From Takakia lepidozioides (taxonomy: Eukaryota > Plantae > Bryophyta): a stretch of DNA of 64,000 nucleotides. The position numbers and the translations under genes are program-made. The stretch spans positions 78,058,001 through 78,122,000 of the forward strand of contig CM060731.1 in assembly GCA_030704615.1 (NCBI GenBank), given 5' to 3'. The stretch's first letter is position 1; each line of letters begins with the position of its first letter. Below are positions 1-13,004 of the stretch, in pieces. The notes under the pieces are model-generated. The model had not been told where the DNA came from and did not search any database. It was given only the letters and a program-made list of their open reading frames with translations.

Positions 1-1112
1 AAGAATCCATGGGATGTCCATGTGTGTTGCTTCATGTCGTACATCACAACTAATTCATCGCCATGTGGATATACTCTCCTCCACACTAATATGAGATTGT
101 CGTGGCTCACCACTGTAAAATGGGCGTAGATATTGTCCAAACTAGTTCCGGCAATCTCTGTTGTTGCAATCTCCAGCCACTTTAGACTCTTTGTAGAAAC
201 TTTCAACTCCCACACACGGAAGATAATTCTACGTATTGCCGAGGGGTCATCTCTAAGACTACTAAACCATCTACATATTGCCAAGGGTTTCTGTCGACGA
301 GTAATAACCGCAGCTAGCTATAGGCGCTCGTTTCTCTCTAAAGCCTTCGAAGGACAAGCTAGAATACCACGTCCACCAAAATCAGGCGTTTGTACAGCAA
401 CTTCAGTCCACACACTTGTACCAATGTCACAAGCCATCAAGTGGTGGCCTTTCTCTCGTATATAAAATATAGCAAAGAGAGTAGGCCCACATATCACACT
501 TCCTGAACAGTACGCATCATCTTCTGTGGGCATCTTTCCAGTCTCGGTCCAACACTCGCAAACTGAGTCGTAGATGTCTGTTCTCCAACGTCTCCTGCTG
601 TCGTAGCAATACTTGTGTGACATCACAAGGACCTTGTAGGTGCTGCTGCATCGATCCACAATCATATGCACCATGTTTACATCAAGGAAATATGTTGAAT
701 TGTTGTGAGGCAGGGCGGGCAATTGTCTGGAACTGTTCAACAGAGGATTGCACACAATCCATGAACCTTTGTCCTTGGCCATTATGCAAAATAAGCCTCC
801 ATTTGCAGCACAAATTCTGTAAGATGATCGGAATTCCTTGGGGAATTTGGGGCCCATCTCGTGCCACCGTCCAGTTGTGGGGGCATACAACATGCACATA
901 TCTTGGGTTTTATAACTGTCAAAGAACAAGAGATAGGAGGAGACTTGGCGAAGAGGGAGGTGCTGACAGAGTTGTTGGAAGAAAGCAGTAGATGGGAGGG
1001 AGTTCCACAACTTGCAAACCGACTTAAATTGGGCAAGACTGCGATACGGCAACCAGGCCAACACTACCATCACTAACTCGAAAGGGAGCCTGCTCCAGAT
1101 CTCCTCCTCCAT
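1..1112 (-). pseudogene. F-box/kelch-like protein with an in-frame premature stop; 3' end runs off the window
   Basis: F-box motif IWSRLPFELVMVVLAWLP..SVCKLWN, then CAANGGLFC, VCNPL, TDIYDS..W. TAG at 318-320, but the frame continues open to base 1 (..FRVWEL..KWLEI..VMYDMKQHTW). The paralog at 13 kb has TTG at the matching codon. Confidence 0.85.
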
Positions 1113-1559
1113 ATTGCCCACCAGGTCGTTCGGCGACAAAACCTCTCCAATTGTGCTCTTGTGATTCTAACCTTAACGGACAAGAACAGAAGGGAAAGAA
1201 AAACAGAGTCTTCAGCCTCTGAGATTTCATACCCATGAGCCCCGACTATTGTTGGTATCATGTCTAAAGCCTCGCTCTTGCTTTTACTATTCTGGTACTG
1301 CAACCTTCTTTGCTAGCCATCCACTTGCTTTTTATGTTGTGGTATGTACATAGAAACCTGGCAGCGCCGTGGAAGCTGGATAAACAGGCGAGTCCCGGAC
1401 ACTCTTGCTCTTCACGGAGGTCACAAACAGCAGGTGTGTTTGAACAATATTGGTGTGGAAGGTTAGTAGTTAGAGGGAAGCTGCACTGAGCCAATGGAGC
1501 CTGGGCGCTGACTGTTGGGAGCATGATGCAGTCGGCTGGTGCAGGCGATGCAAGCAGGT

Positions 1560-2700
1560 GATCCCTGGTATCAGAGTTGGCCTTCTGTGCAACAAGCTGT
1601 TCCGCATGTAATATCCCAGGTCACTGCACGGCCTAATTCCATGCTTTTGACGGTGCCAAGAGAATACAGCAAGCATGGAGGCCGGTAATGCAAAAACAGT
1701 CGGTCCCCGACAATGCTATCGGTAGCCTCAACCTCAAATCTGCTCAGGTGATACTCAGATCAATCGGGAAAGAGCCCGGGCGCGTGGAAGGAGGCCGCGA
1801 ATGGCAACTGCGCTCCCTAGTGTTGCTACACAACGTAACCCTTCTCATTTGCAGTATTTAACTGCACATTGTGGGTGCACTTGCAGTGCTGTACACACAC
1901 AGAGAAACAGGAACATGCCAACCAAAAATGGTATGAAATATCAGATCCATACCAGTCAAAATACCACTTGTTCAATGTCAAGCTGCCCATAAACATCCGT
2001 AGCACTTATCGCCCTAAGGCAGCAACTGGTCGCTCGGGGCTATCCACAACATGCATGAGTAGCTGGCTTAGTCAGGTTAGGTTCTCACACAGGCCTGCAG
2101 ACTCATATGTCCACTTGCTCAAGAAGTCCTGATTCTCGACTTCCACCAACAAGCACGCTTCTGGAGAGTAAGCTGCACTCAATCAAGCACTAGATATCAC
2201 GTTGCATGGAACTGCAGAAACCAAACTACATCTAGCTCATGGGAATAGAGGCTTCATAGAAAGGCTTTAGAACTGTTTATTTCAATTTCGTTGGCGATGA
2301 TTTGTTGACCCGCGCTGGGTGAAGGTTTCTCACGGTAAAATGTTAATATATCCTGACTTCGATGTAGGAGGATTCTTTAATCGATAGTTTGGAAACTGAG
2401 GACATGTACAAGGCTGCCATGTTGGGATTTGAGGTAGCAGATCAAGAAGATGAAAGTTAAGCCAACGCTCTTAGTTGTACTTCTACAAATTTTGCAGTTC
2501 TAAAGGTATGCCAGATTTCTACCCCTTAACCTTCCCTTCCAGCCTTGTCTGAAGTCATATCTTTATCGCTGACACTAGTTACATCTCTAATTCCTCACCG
2601 GTTGACCCACTGATCTATGGCTAGTGAAGGCTCTCCCAGGATTATTAAAGGAGATAACTTACAATCATAGAATACATGTAGCTGTGCCCAGTGTTTGCAG
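1560..2700. pseudogene. Rearranged duplicate fragment of the RPL37a/FMP32 locus at 62.2-63.65 kb
   Basis: ~1560-1995 (minus) matches ~63190-63650; ~2040-2240 (minus) matches ~62700-62900; ~2248-2700 (plus) matches ~62218-62680, including the RPL37a exon text gtagcagatcaagaagatgaaagttaagccaac. Confidence 0.85.
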
Positions 2701-3128
2701 ATCGCCTTCCGGAGGGTACTTATAAGAGAATCTTGAGTAGAAAAAAGGAGATCTCTTCATGACCGGACCATATGGTAGTCTGTGCAGGGAGTGCAGAGTG
2801 AAGACGAGCACTTATATTCCTCATTTTACGTGGTCATATACTTTCATCCATATCAATCCCCGCAGCCACAGAATGACATCATACATATCCAGGAATTGTA
2901 ATGGAAATCTGGTTCGTGGGGCTCAGGTATTCGCACGTGTATAGGATGTGGCTTGAGGCGCACTAAGACTGGGTGACTGATTGGCAAGTTCGGCTGGGGA
3001 TTCGTATTGGCGCGGCAGATGATGTGGAGGTGATAGGGAGTCCCGAGAGTTTGGAAGGGGAGATACAGAAATTTGAGAGCGGGGGAAGGAAAAAGATTTG
3101 GAGGTAAAGGGGGAGTCGGGGGAGGAAG

Positions 3129-6100
3129 ATGGCAGCTCAGATTTCAGCTTGCCTGGCACTGTCTTGTTTGCCCTCGCACTCTGGCAAGGCCGACCGCGAT
3201 GGCTGGCATTCGTCAGTGATTCCCACGACCATCAGGCCCACAATGGGTGGCCCTCCCGTGTTTCGAAGAATTTATTTCCCCGTCGTAGCTGCTGCAACAA
3301 ACGAAGGAGATGAAAAAAAGGCTGTGAGAGGGAAGGGCTTATTTAGCTTTGTGACTGATAATGAGTCCAGCAAGAATTCGATTCAGCTGCCCAATACTCC
3401 AGCCCAGGATGGCAATCTGGGCCAGATGATCACGGTATGTATGCTTTCTCATTTTGTGACTTGGTTGTCTTTGCTTGAATGTTGGCAATTCCCTGTCTGG
3501 CTATTGAATTTTGTTTGTTCTACAGGCTTCCAGTGAGGGCTCCGCTAATCGCATTGGATACATTCTCAGTGCTTTAGAGGCCACTGTTAGTTGAGCTCAA
3601 TCTGGCCCTCTTAAGGGTTCAATTTATTGCTCTTTTAGTTACTTGAAGTTCAATTCTCGCGTTTGCTTTCATGACAGATTAGAGTCACAGCAACATGTCA
3701 ATGCAAGTTTTTTCCCTTTTCACAACGATATCTTTGTTGACAAATGGACCATGATTCCCCCTTAAAGATGTGGGTTTAAATTTCCTGCTATGCTGGTAAA
3801 AACCATGCCAAAAATCGCAATTTCAAGTAGTGGAATTCCTCGGGTTGTTGGCGGGGACAGGACATTGAGAACAAGGGCCGGGAGTATGGTTCCTACGTGC
3901 GCGCGGGGGAGTTTCGATGGTGGGTTAGAGAAACAGGTATCTGATTAAAACATCATGCTGATATAACTGCGGGGTGGAAGACTTTCAGGCCCTATTGACT
4001 CATTTTCTAAGATTGTGGTTCACTGAAAGAAAGCAAGAAAGAAATTTTATAACATCCAGGGACAGCTCAAAGATCTTTGGGACAAACAAAAGAGAGGACA
4101 GATTAGCACAGTAGGCAACCATAAAACTACAACTCCTCTGAGAAAGATTCTCCAATTTGAAGAGAGGGTGAATGGGTGATAGACAGGAAGATAGGAACTT
4201 CTTAGAGAGAGGAATTTCATTGTGTGTGTGAGAGAGAGAAATGAAATGAAATGAAATGGTGGTTTATAATGTCCATGGAAAGCTCATAGAGCTTATGGGA
4301 CAAAATGGAAGAAAACATGAGAGAGGAACAAATCCAGAAACCAAGGATAACAAGAGAGAGAGAGAGAGAGAGAGATAGGGTGGTGTTCACTGAGAAGATT
4401 CATTCAAAAGATTTTGAGCTTCTAGATACCTTCCATCTTTCAGTGAGGTGTGTACAAAAGATGCCGAGTCCCAGTTGAGTGCCTGGAGTACGACATTGGT
4501 GGTAAAATGGGGTGTTCAGGTTTTCTGAACTAAATCATGGCCACGTTTGCAGGGTCAGCATCCTCAAAGAAAGGGACAATCATTTTTCTCCACGGAGCAC
4601 CCTTGCAATCTTACAGCTATCGTGTTGTCCTTGCCCAGGTCTCTCTCTCCCACTCTCCCCTCCCTTCACGCAATGCTTTGAGCACTTGAGTTGTTCTTTG
4701 GTTCTGTTCCACACCCCACCGGAAATGCATTCTTTCAAAATACGGAAGGTTTAGGCATGACGGCAACAAACTCATCATGAGGTGGGAGCTGATGGAGCTT
4801 TATGTTCAGTGGACCTGGAAACCAGTCAAGAAAGCTGCAGTTCTATCAGGAGACATTCTTGGCCCTCAGTGATGATAGAATCTCACAGCCCACTTACTTG
4901 TCTGAAACTCTCATCTCCCTCAGTGGGAAGGTTAAGGGTGATCCCCACAGTCTGTAGATAGAGACTGGTAGGTTGGACAACCTGCAGCGTACTGACGGCT
5001 TGTACCCCACTTGTGCTGGAGATGACAGGAGGGAAATTGAAACTGAAGAACACTTCTTCTTTCACTGTCCTTATATGAGAGCAGGGGAGATACTATTGTC
5101 TATTCCAAAAATAGCCAATCCCTTACAGAGGTGTTGTACTACAAGGATCAGAAATGCTTGCCAGCATATATCTGCATGAGGGGTTACATCCCGGACAATC
5201 TTTCTATCAATAGTTCTTGTTTTCTTGTTGGGGTCACCCTCTTTCTTGTTTCATGCTTTCTCTTGTCCCAAAAGCTCTTTGAGCTGTCTGCAGACGTTGA
5301 ACAGTGTCATTTCATTTCTCTCCCTTTCCTGATGGGGACTACGTCATGCAAACACGTCATTATCCATGTGGACAGTGTTGGTGCAATTCATTGTGTAATT
5401 TTTGTTTTTCGGTGAAAACAGATGGGCAACGCTGGGTATCACTGCTATGCCCCTGATTGGCTTGGTTTTGGGTTCAGTGAAAAACCTCAACCTGGTTATG
5501 ACTTTGCTTACACAGGTTTCTCCCACTCCTGTCCCATTCTTTTCCCTGCATATATCTAGAGCTTGCACGTGAGAGAGAGAGAGTAATAAGGACAGAAGTG
5601 AAACTCTCTCCTATCTGAGTTGGCCTTCATGTGGTTTTTTTAAGTACTCTGTGCCCATTTCTTGCTTTCGTTGTGGGTGACCTTCACTCGAAGGTATTCT
5701 CACAAACTCTTCCGGTTGGGGCTGCACTCCGAGTGATACCCCGGTTGCTTGATTTGGTCGCCATTTCTTGGCTTGCCAAGTTTGTGGTCAAGTTTTGGTT
5801 TATATGGAGGTTGTTCCGGGTGTTCCCCATTCCTTGTAGGAACAAAGAGGAGGACGAATACAGATAGAGAGAGAAATGAAATGAAATGGTGCTTTATAAC
5901 GTCCGCGGAAAGCTCATAGAGCTTATGGGACAAAATGGAAAGAAAAACATGAGAGAAAACAGGAAACCGAGTCAGAGATAAGAACTATTGTTCGAGTGAG
6001 AAAGAAAGAAAGAAAGTTTATAAAGAGCGAGGGTCCTGGCAGGTGAAAACCTAGCACAAAGTCTGGAGGAGGGTTTGTATCGTGGAGGCTCCTGACCCCA

Positions 6101-9100
6101 GAAAGAAGGTTAGGAGTCTTACCCTCATGGCTTAAATTTTTTGGCTATGCTGAGGTTTTAGTACACGAAGTGGCGTTTTAACAAATTTGACCCTGGGGTC
6201 TTGGCCCCTCCCACTTTTCAGTGGAAGGAGAGGAGGGATCGCCGTCTTTTTTCTCCAGGTTTATAGAAAATAAGTAGCAAAGGAAAAATCTTGCTACTGT
6301 TATTTCATGCATTGCTCAGATCTGGATGTCTTCAGCAGCTGGTACTGAGTTTGACGTTAATAGAGCTACCTGGTGTTCAAACAGTGTGATTGATCTGGGT
6401 TTCTGCTGGTGGAATCTGATCATTCCTAGGGCTCCTGGGCAACCCCTGCAGAGGACGTTTATCATGAGGAGCTCGACAAGCTGCTGGCCAGCTTAAAAAT
6501 CGAAACCCCCTTCTTTCTTGTTACTCAGGTTAGAGACCTGAAGCTGCTCTGATTCTTTCTCTGTCATTCTTCCAGTGGAACAATCACATTATCATTATTG
6601 AATCAGACTTTACTGCAAGCAGTATCACTCACTACCATGTGATGTCACACTTGTGCTCGACACAGAGAGACATGATGGGATATGGTTGGCTCTGGGAGAG
6701 TGGAAGAAGGAATCACAATAGTGGGAAGGATATCAAATCTCCGTGAGAGGCCTTCAGGCCGTCTATGTCCCTACCAAGACAGTTTGTAGGTAGTTGATCA
6801 GGGTATTGTTGTGAGGGAGCAAGGACGGGGGTAGAGCTACTATCCAAGGTAATATGTGTTCGTATTTTGGGAAGTGAAAAGAGCCACTCTATTAATCTAC
6901 TCCAAGGAGTTCAAACAAGGAGTCATTCGAAAAACTTCTCCTACTCAAACTAGCACTAGCCTAATAAAATTTGATGAGTGAGGAGTTTGTGTGCAGGGCT
7001 TTATACTTGGGTCGTATGGCCTGACTTGGGCTCTGAAGAACCCGGGGAGGGTTGCCAAGTTGGCTGTTATGAATACGCCCTTGACACCCTCTGCTCCATT
7101 GCCCAGCATCTTTCAGCAATTACGGTTGAACTTTTGTACTTATAAAAATCCATTCACAAATTGTAGGCACATGTGCCTGCACTGCAATGTCAAATCTGTT
7201 TGTTTGTGTTTGCATCTATGCATGTATGTGTGTTCTAATTTTAAATGGGTGCATGGATTCCATTAGAAGCTTGTGTGTCCTGTTCATGTAGAGATAACTA
7301 TGCATGTCTACACACGTCCTTTGTATTTGATTTCGATGTCTCATTGGATGTCTATGAGAATGCTTATGTGTAAACCAAAGTGTATGGACGTGTGATTTCT
7401 GTGTGTCTGTTTTAGGAGTCTCTGCTTATGAAGGTGAACCAGTTTCTCTATTGCTCGTGAAAATCACAGTTACCCATTATGGAACTGGACATTCCTCTCT
7501 ATTTCTGTCTCTCTCCCTCCTTCACCCTCCCTACACTCTAATTTAGTGGTACTTGCGGGCTACAGGTTTCCTTTTGTTGGGGAGTTCACATGCCAAAATG
7601 CTATATTGGCAGAGCGATTTGTAGAAGCTGGAAGCCCGTAAGCTCCCTAAGATTGTGTACTTCCTCACATATTCACAATTGGCCCAAGGATCTTTGCATT
7701 TACATGTTTTGTAATGTTCTTGATGATGTGATAGGGGAGGCTGGAGGAACATCATGCAATCTAGCCCCATGATACATGTGGTGATGCTTTGACGGCTTTG
7801 GAATGTAGGTATGTGCTAGAGTCGGATGATGCTGATGTCTACCGGCTCCCCTATTTAGACAGCAGTGACCCAGGCTTCTGTATGTTCCTCCTTCCTTTTC
7901 CTTCCTATCCTCTGTTGAACCCCTTTTCTTCCCACATGCTCCACTCATAGAGTCTAAGTCAGTCAGGGTTGGGAATCCCACAAAATCTAGGGCCAAAAGA
8001 TTATGGCCAACATGAATTATTGAATGGAATTTATCTCTCACTTTCTCTTTCTCCGGCTGGCATAATATACAGACAACAGGATTTGAACAACGCAATGTGT
8101 TTGGGACTGGCGCAATACCCCCTGGCTGTGGTTTATGTTCTTGGCATACACGAATACCCGTGTCACAGGGTGCTTAAGTAAAGGTCCATCTTGCAGTGGG
8201 ACTGTTAGAGAGGTCTGACGTTCCCTTCTGAGATGGTCACCTTGGGGTCCGTGACTGCAAGGCTATGGCATGTGGGTAATCGCCAATAATACACTTTTTG
8301 CACTTCTAATACTTTTATACCCTCCTATTTATTTTCATGGCTTCTGGAGGTAACTTTGGATAACTGATGGTTGATGGTGGGACCCAGCACTGTTGGCAGC
8401 CACAAGGAAAGCGCCAATCAAGGATTTGACATCTCGAATTGCTCAGGGATTCTCCTTCAACAGGTACAGATTAACTGGTGTGGTTCTGCAGGGGACTCTG
8501 CTTTGAAAGAAATGTTTTGTGTCAAGTTACGTATGCAATAAGCCTAGAGGCAAGGCTATTCTGGCATCACAGACCCAATAATTCAGGGACCCTCTTCGAA
8601 ATGGTAAAAAAAAAAACCGGCCCTGCATTTGAGCTCTTACAGTGGAATTTGACTGGTGCCTTGCCCGAGTAACAAGTCCTAAAATGGAAGTCACATGCTG
8701 ACTGTTGGGTCATTTTCAGTTGTGCCAGAGGCCCCATAGAAAGGTGTTGCATTGCTTGTCCTGGTTTCTGTACTTCTTGATTGATTGCAATGGAATTATC
8801 AGTTAGGGCCCCAAGAATCTCTTGTTTCTGTCCCTCTAAATCCATCTAACAGACACACTGGGTATTATGTTTGTCGCAGTGAGGTTGTGTTTTTCTATTC
8901 ACAATGCACCCCCGCCCCACCCCTCCCCTGTTCAGTCCCACGATCGCCCGCTGAATGGGTGGTGCTTCTTGTGAAGGATCTTTTGTTTGCTTTTGTTGTG
9001 GGATTATGTAGAGGCCAAGATTTTCCAGAGTAGAGCCCTTCATGCTTCTATGTTGCAGTGCTTGTTTCAAACGTGTTTGAGGTTGTTGTCCTTTGCTTCC

Positions 9101-9618
9101 ATGAGAAAGGTCGGACAAGTTTTCAAGATTGACTTACGTGTATAAGCTCATGCAGTTGGAAAGTACCGACGATTGTTGCATGGGGGGAGGCGGACAAATA
9201 TCTTCCAAAGTCAGAAGCTGAAAACTTTGTGAAGAGTAATCCGGACTCTATGAAGTTAGTGATGCTTGACGGAGCTGGACATATGCCGCAAGAAGATTGG
9301 TAATCAGCTCCTCCCTCTGCCAGTAAGGACCTGAAAAAGAAATGTAATGAAATGAAGGACAAACCTAGGAAGAAGGGAAAAATAACTGCCAGTAAAATTT
9401 TCAAGGGAGTGTTTTCCTTCTTGCTGGTAGATATTTGCCTAGCGACATGAGAAGTATTGTACTGCCATTACAGGTTTCTGCCAGTTTCTGAGGATGAGAT
9501 GAGCACTTTGCTCTTTTTCAATGAGTTACTTCCATGAAAGGCGGCAGTTCTTCTCACACAATGCTTGTGTTTCTGCAGGCCTGAGAAAGTAGTAGAGGCA
9601 CTAAGAAAAAATTTCTGA
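3129..9618 (+). CDS. Plastid-targeted alpha/beta-hydrolase (haloalkane dehalogenase-like fold, Arabidopsis At1g52510-like), about 11 exons
   Basis: Exons near 3129-3434, 3861-3936, 4553-4638 (IIFLHGAPLQSYSYR), 5422-5515 (APDWLGFGFSEKP), 6452-6528, 6997-7124, 7566-7637, 7809-7879, 8388-8463, 9156-9299 (GAGHMPQEDW), 9579-9618 (PEKVVEALRKNF*), with GT-AG boundaries. Confidence 0.92.
4220..4375 (-). repeat. Short LINE/SINE 3'-tail copy plus (GA)n microsatellite
   Basis: gagagaaatgaaatgaaatggt...ggaaagctcatagagcttatgggacaaaatggaa recurs at 5865-5960 and, inverted, at ~5215-5332. Confidence 0.7.
4800..5332 (+). mobile_element. 5'-truncated non-LTR retrotransposon (LINE) remnant in an intron
   Basis: Degenerate ORF2 C-terminus HSL*IETGRL..LQRTDGLYPTC..EIETEEHFFFHCPY (typical LINE C-terminal Cys/His finger), then a 3' tail ending tcatttcatttctctc. 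Confidence 0.7.
5865..5990 (-). repeat. Second minus-strand copy of the same LINE/SINE tail
   Basis: Near-identical to 4230-4330. Confidence 0.7.
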
Positions 9619-10412
9619 GCTTGGACATGTCCAGAGGTTCCCAGTGTCCTCATTTTGGAAAGGTCACCCCCGTCAATATTCTATTTGTAACCCACAGTGT
9701 AGTCTAATAACAGTCACCCATTTCCCATGTCTTTGTAAACAATCCATGTTGGTCTACAAATAGGGGGTTCATTTCAACCTTTCTACTACCCCTGAAGGAG
9801 TGAACACGGAACAGCAGCAGCCCATTAAATATGAAGATACTGCCTAGACTGAGGAAGTTCTCACGAGAGAGGATGCATTGGTTACTGTAATGCTTTTCCA
9901 TATATCAAAATTGTTGTACTATTTGTTGTTGGCCTAAAGGCAAGGAAGGGTAGAACGAAAGTCCCATAGCTCATTGGCAGCCCACCAATTCCCAGCAGCA
10001 ACATTGAGCATTGCCAGAGGTGGTATTGACGGGAGATGACAAGTTCTTGGTTTTCGAGTGGAGAAAAGGAAGAAAAGGAAAGGAACAAACTCCCTTTCCT
10101 CAAAAGCAAGAGTGGGCAGATGAAAGCTCGTGGATCCATCATTAGGCTAACAATCTTTTTCAAATCCATTCTGGGTGTACAATAGTGTACAATAAATCCT
10201 AGAGCTTTGCACCTGTCTGCCAGGAAAAAATGAGAAAGATATGTGTGTGAAGTTGTGTACATGGCACTGACTCGCTGGAAACGTGAACAGCATGCCCACA
10301 AGCAAGTGGTAGGTATTTGATTTCGCTTTCCAGCAAGCGACAAGTACTAACCTAGTTGTACAAGACCTCGGTGTACGTGTTCTCTGTTCCTTGTGAGGTC
10401 GCTGCTCGATAC

Positions 10413-11334
10413 CAGTGTGCGGATAAATCATTTACCCAGATTTATCCGGCGGGTACATCAGGTAGTGAGTAGTAAGGGTAAATGATTTACACGGGTTGGC
10501 CCATTTCATTACCCTTACACTTACCCTTCAGCCAGGTAAATAATCTGAGATACCCTTACCCCTATGAAGGGTGAATAATTTCCATATACCCTTTACCTGC
10601 TGATAAATATAATTTTTTGGAAGGTAAATAGCAAAAGGGTAACAAAAAACTCTTCTTCATCCTTAAGTAGAGGGTCTTCACTCAAGGGTCCCTTGTGCAA
10701 GCATCCTCCCTCTATCACCATCTCCAAGGGTGTACCATTATCGTGCACCACATAAGGGGGGCATACCATTGTCCTGCATACCATTTAAGGGCTTCATCTC
10801 TATGAAAAGCTTTGGGTTTGTGTCAAGAGTCACTTTGCTTAGAGTGCAGGGGAGGGGAGTTTCCAATGCTATCAACTCAACCTGGATGATCTTGGAGGCA
10901 CTAGTTTTGCGGATGAGACACTCTTACATACATGGTCTTATAGTTTGGCTTTGCTTGATTATTATTTTGGTGTGAAGAAACATGCTCATGATCATCCCTC
11001 ATATTATTCACAACATATGATACAATCAGCCCCATACTAAACCAAAAAATAGAGCAAAACTTGATTACCTTAATTAATTAGTTATGTTTTTTGAGGTGAG
11101 CATAACAAACAAAATAAACTATATATCCTTCAATGTATCCTTTATTTACCCCACGAATATAGAAAGGGTAAATCATTTATCCTTACCCAATATTTAAGCC
11201 TTTACCCTTTATCCGTAGGATAAATAAAGGGACATATAAATAATTTATCTTTACCCGGAGGATAAATAATCATTTGATTTCTATTTATCCTTACACGGAG
11301 GATGAGCAAAAATCTACTTACCCACACAACACTG
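10413..11334. mobile_element. Degenerate hAT-type MITE
   Basis: Starts cagtgtg, ends caacactg; both ends are rich in tttaccc/tttatcc/gggtaaa subterminal motifs; no coding capacity. Confidence 0.55.
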
Positions 11335-11975
11335 GTCAATCGGCCCGGGTATGTGCAAGGGTATAGGTAAGGGTATGCTAGAACCAACCCGGCTGGTATG
11401 TCATGCAGCTTATACCCCGGATCTTTGTAGAACTTAGGGTTTAAGGTTCCAAACATACCCAAAACTGATACCATACCAGTCACAGTAGGTGGCGAAGCAA
11501 TACTACAATTAAGAACAATACTTAATGGGGGAAAGTTTCTATATGGGAGGGGTAGCAGGTATGGCATACAATGGTCAACGTACAAGGTACAATGTGCAGG
11601 ATTTCTTCAGTTTTTGTCATGGCAGCCAGCCCTTCGCCCATTTGTTACAATCTAACCTTACAATACAAAGACCTTCACTAATTCATGAGCAGTACAAATT
11701 AAAAGAGTATGATAAATTAAATAGAGTATGATGATTGTTGGGGTATAACATACCATTGTACACGCTGCCCCAATATGTCATTTGAAGTTTTGCCATACCC
11801 ATGCCTAGGACCAGGGTGTCCCAAATTTGGAAATACCCATACCCATCCTATAACCTACCCTAGCCACTTCTAATCTACACTGGGCCTTACCAGTTGGACC
11901 GAACAGCCAAGTTGGAGATACCAGGACCAGTCTGGTATGCCAAAATGGACATACCAGTACAACACTGGTCAATAC

Positions 11976-12381
11976 CAGTGTTGGTCTGGTATATAGGTGA
12001 AGGACTGGTATAAAGTACTGGTATATGCACTGGTATTAGATACCAGACCAGTCTGGTATCATTTGGGAGAATACTTGGTCATATACTCGACCAGGCTGTA
12101 TGTGTATTATACTAATTTATGTATACATATGCCTACATACTTGTACTTATGTATATTTAATTGATACTTCCCATGTGATAAACTTCAATATGGCTTTGGA
12201 ATGATACCAGAATTATATCTCATACCAGCTGGTGTTGTGGTCATGATACTCATACTCATACCAGTATCTGGAAAAAAAATACATCCACCATTATATAGAC
12301 CAGACTGGTATAAATTTTTGTGATACGTCTGGTACCAGGACCAGTCTGGTATGTCCTGAACCTGATACCAGAACAACACTG
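11976..12381. mobile_element. hAT-type MITE, 406 bp
   Basis: TIRs cagtgttggtctggtat / ataccagaacaacactg (16 of 17 match); 8-bp flanks gtcaatac / gtcaatag; many ataccag/ctggtat subterminal repeats. Confidence 0.75.
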
Positions 12382-13004
12382 GTCAATAGTCAATACCCTA
12401 CCTAGGCTGGTATTGGCAAAGGCAGTATCCGGGCAATACCCATATGAGGGGTAAAATATTAGTATCAGCCAATGTTGGGCAGGTGGAGATCCAGCCCACC
12501 CCTTGCATTTTATTAATTTCACCCAACATGCCAGACCTTCAAGACCTTGTCTCTCCGTGATCAAGAGGTAGATCTGTTCAAACACAAATACGAGGGATGA
12601 GAAGAATCTCTGCAGTGCAGATTTGGCCATGTGGGACAATGAGACTTGGAAGTTCCTAACTGATTGCACTTGATTTCATAAAATATGCATATGTATGCAA
12701 TGGGCTTTTGCAACATTTCAATTATTTTCATGGAAAGCCAGGTATACTTAAAAATTGGCCTAATAATCTGGCTACCACTTAAATTAAATTATTTATACCC
12801 CGGGTTGGTATCCAGCTGGTATATTACAACTACGATTGGTTGATAACTATCGGCAATTCCAAAATCCTGCATCTATAGAAAACCCATGGGTATTAAAATT
12901 TTGTGAGTATTTTAATGCTATGGAACCGGCTGGTATGGAACAATGAAAAAGTAAATATTTCAATACCAGGACCCGGCTTGATAGGATTTGGATATTTATG
13001 CTCT

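Noticed and set aside
2290-2700. Intronic box C/D snoRNAs, suggested by conserved blocks with gatgat..ctga shared with 62.2-62.7 kb
   Set aside because: The similarity is explained by duplication of the RPL37a locus; I could not identify terminal stems or rRNA-complementary guides by eye.
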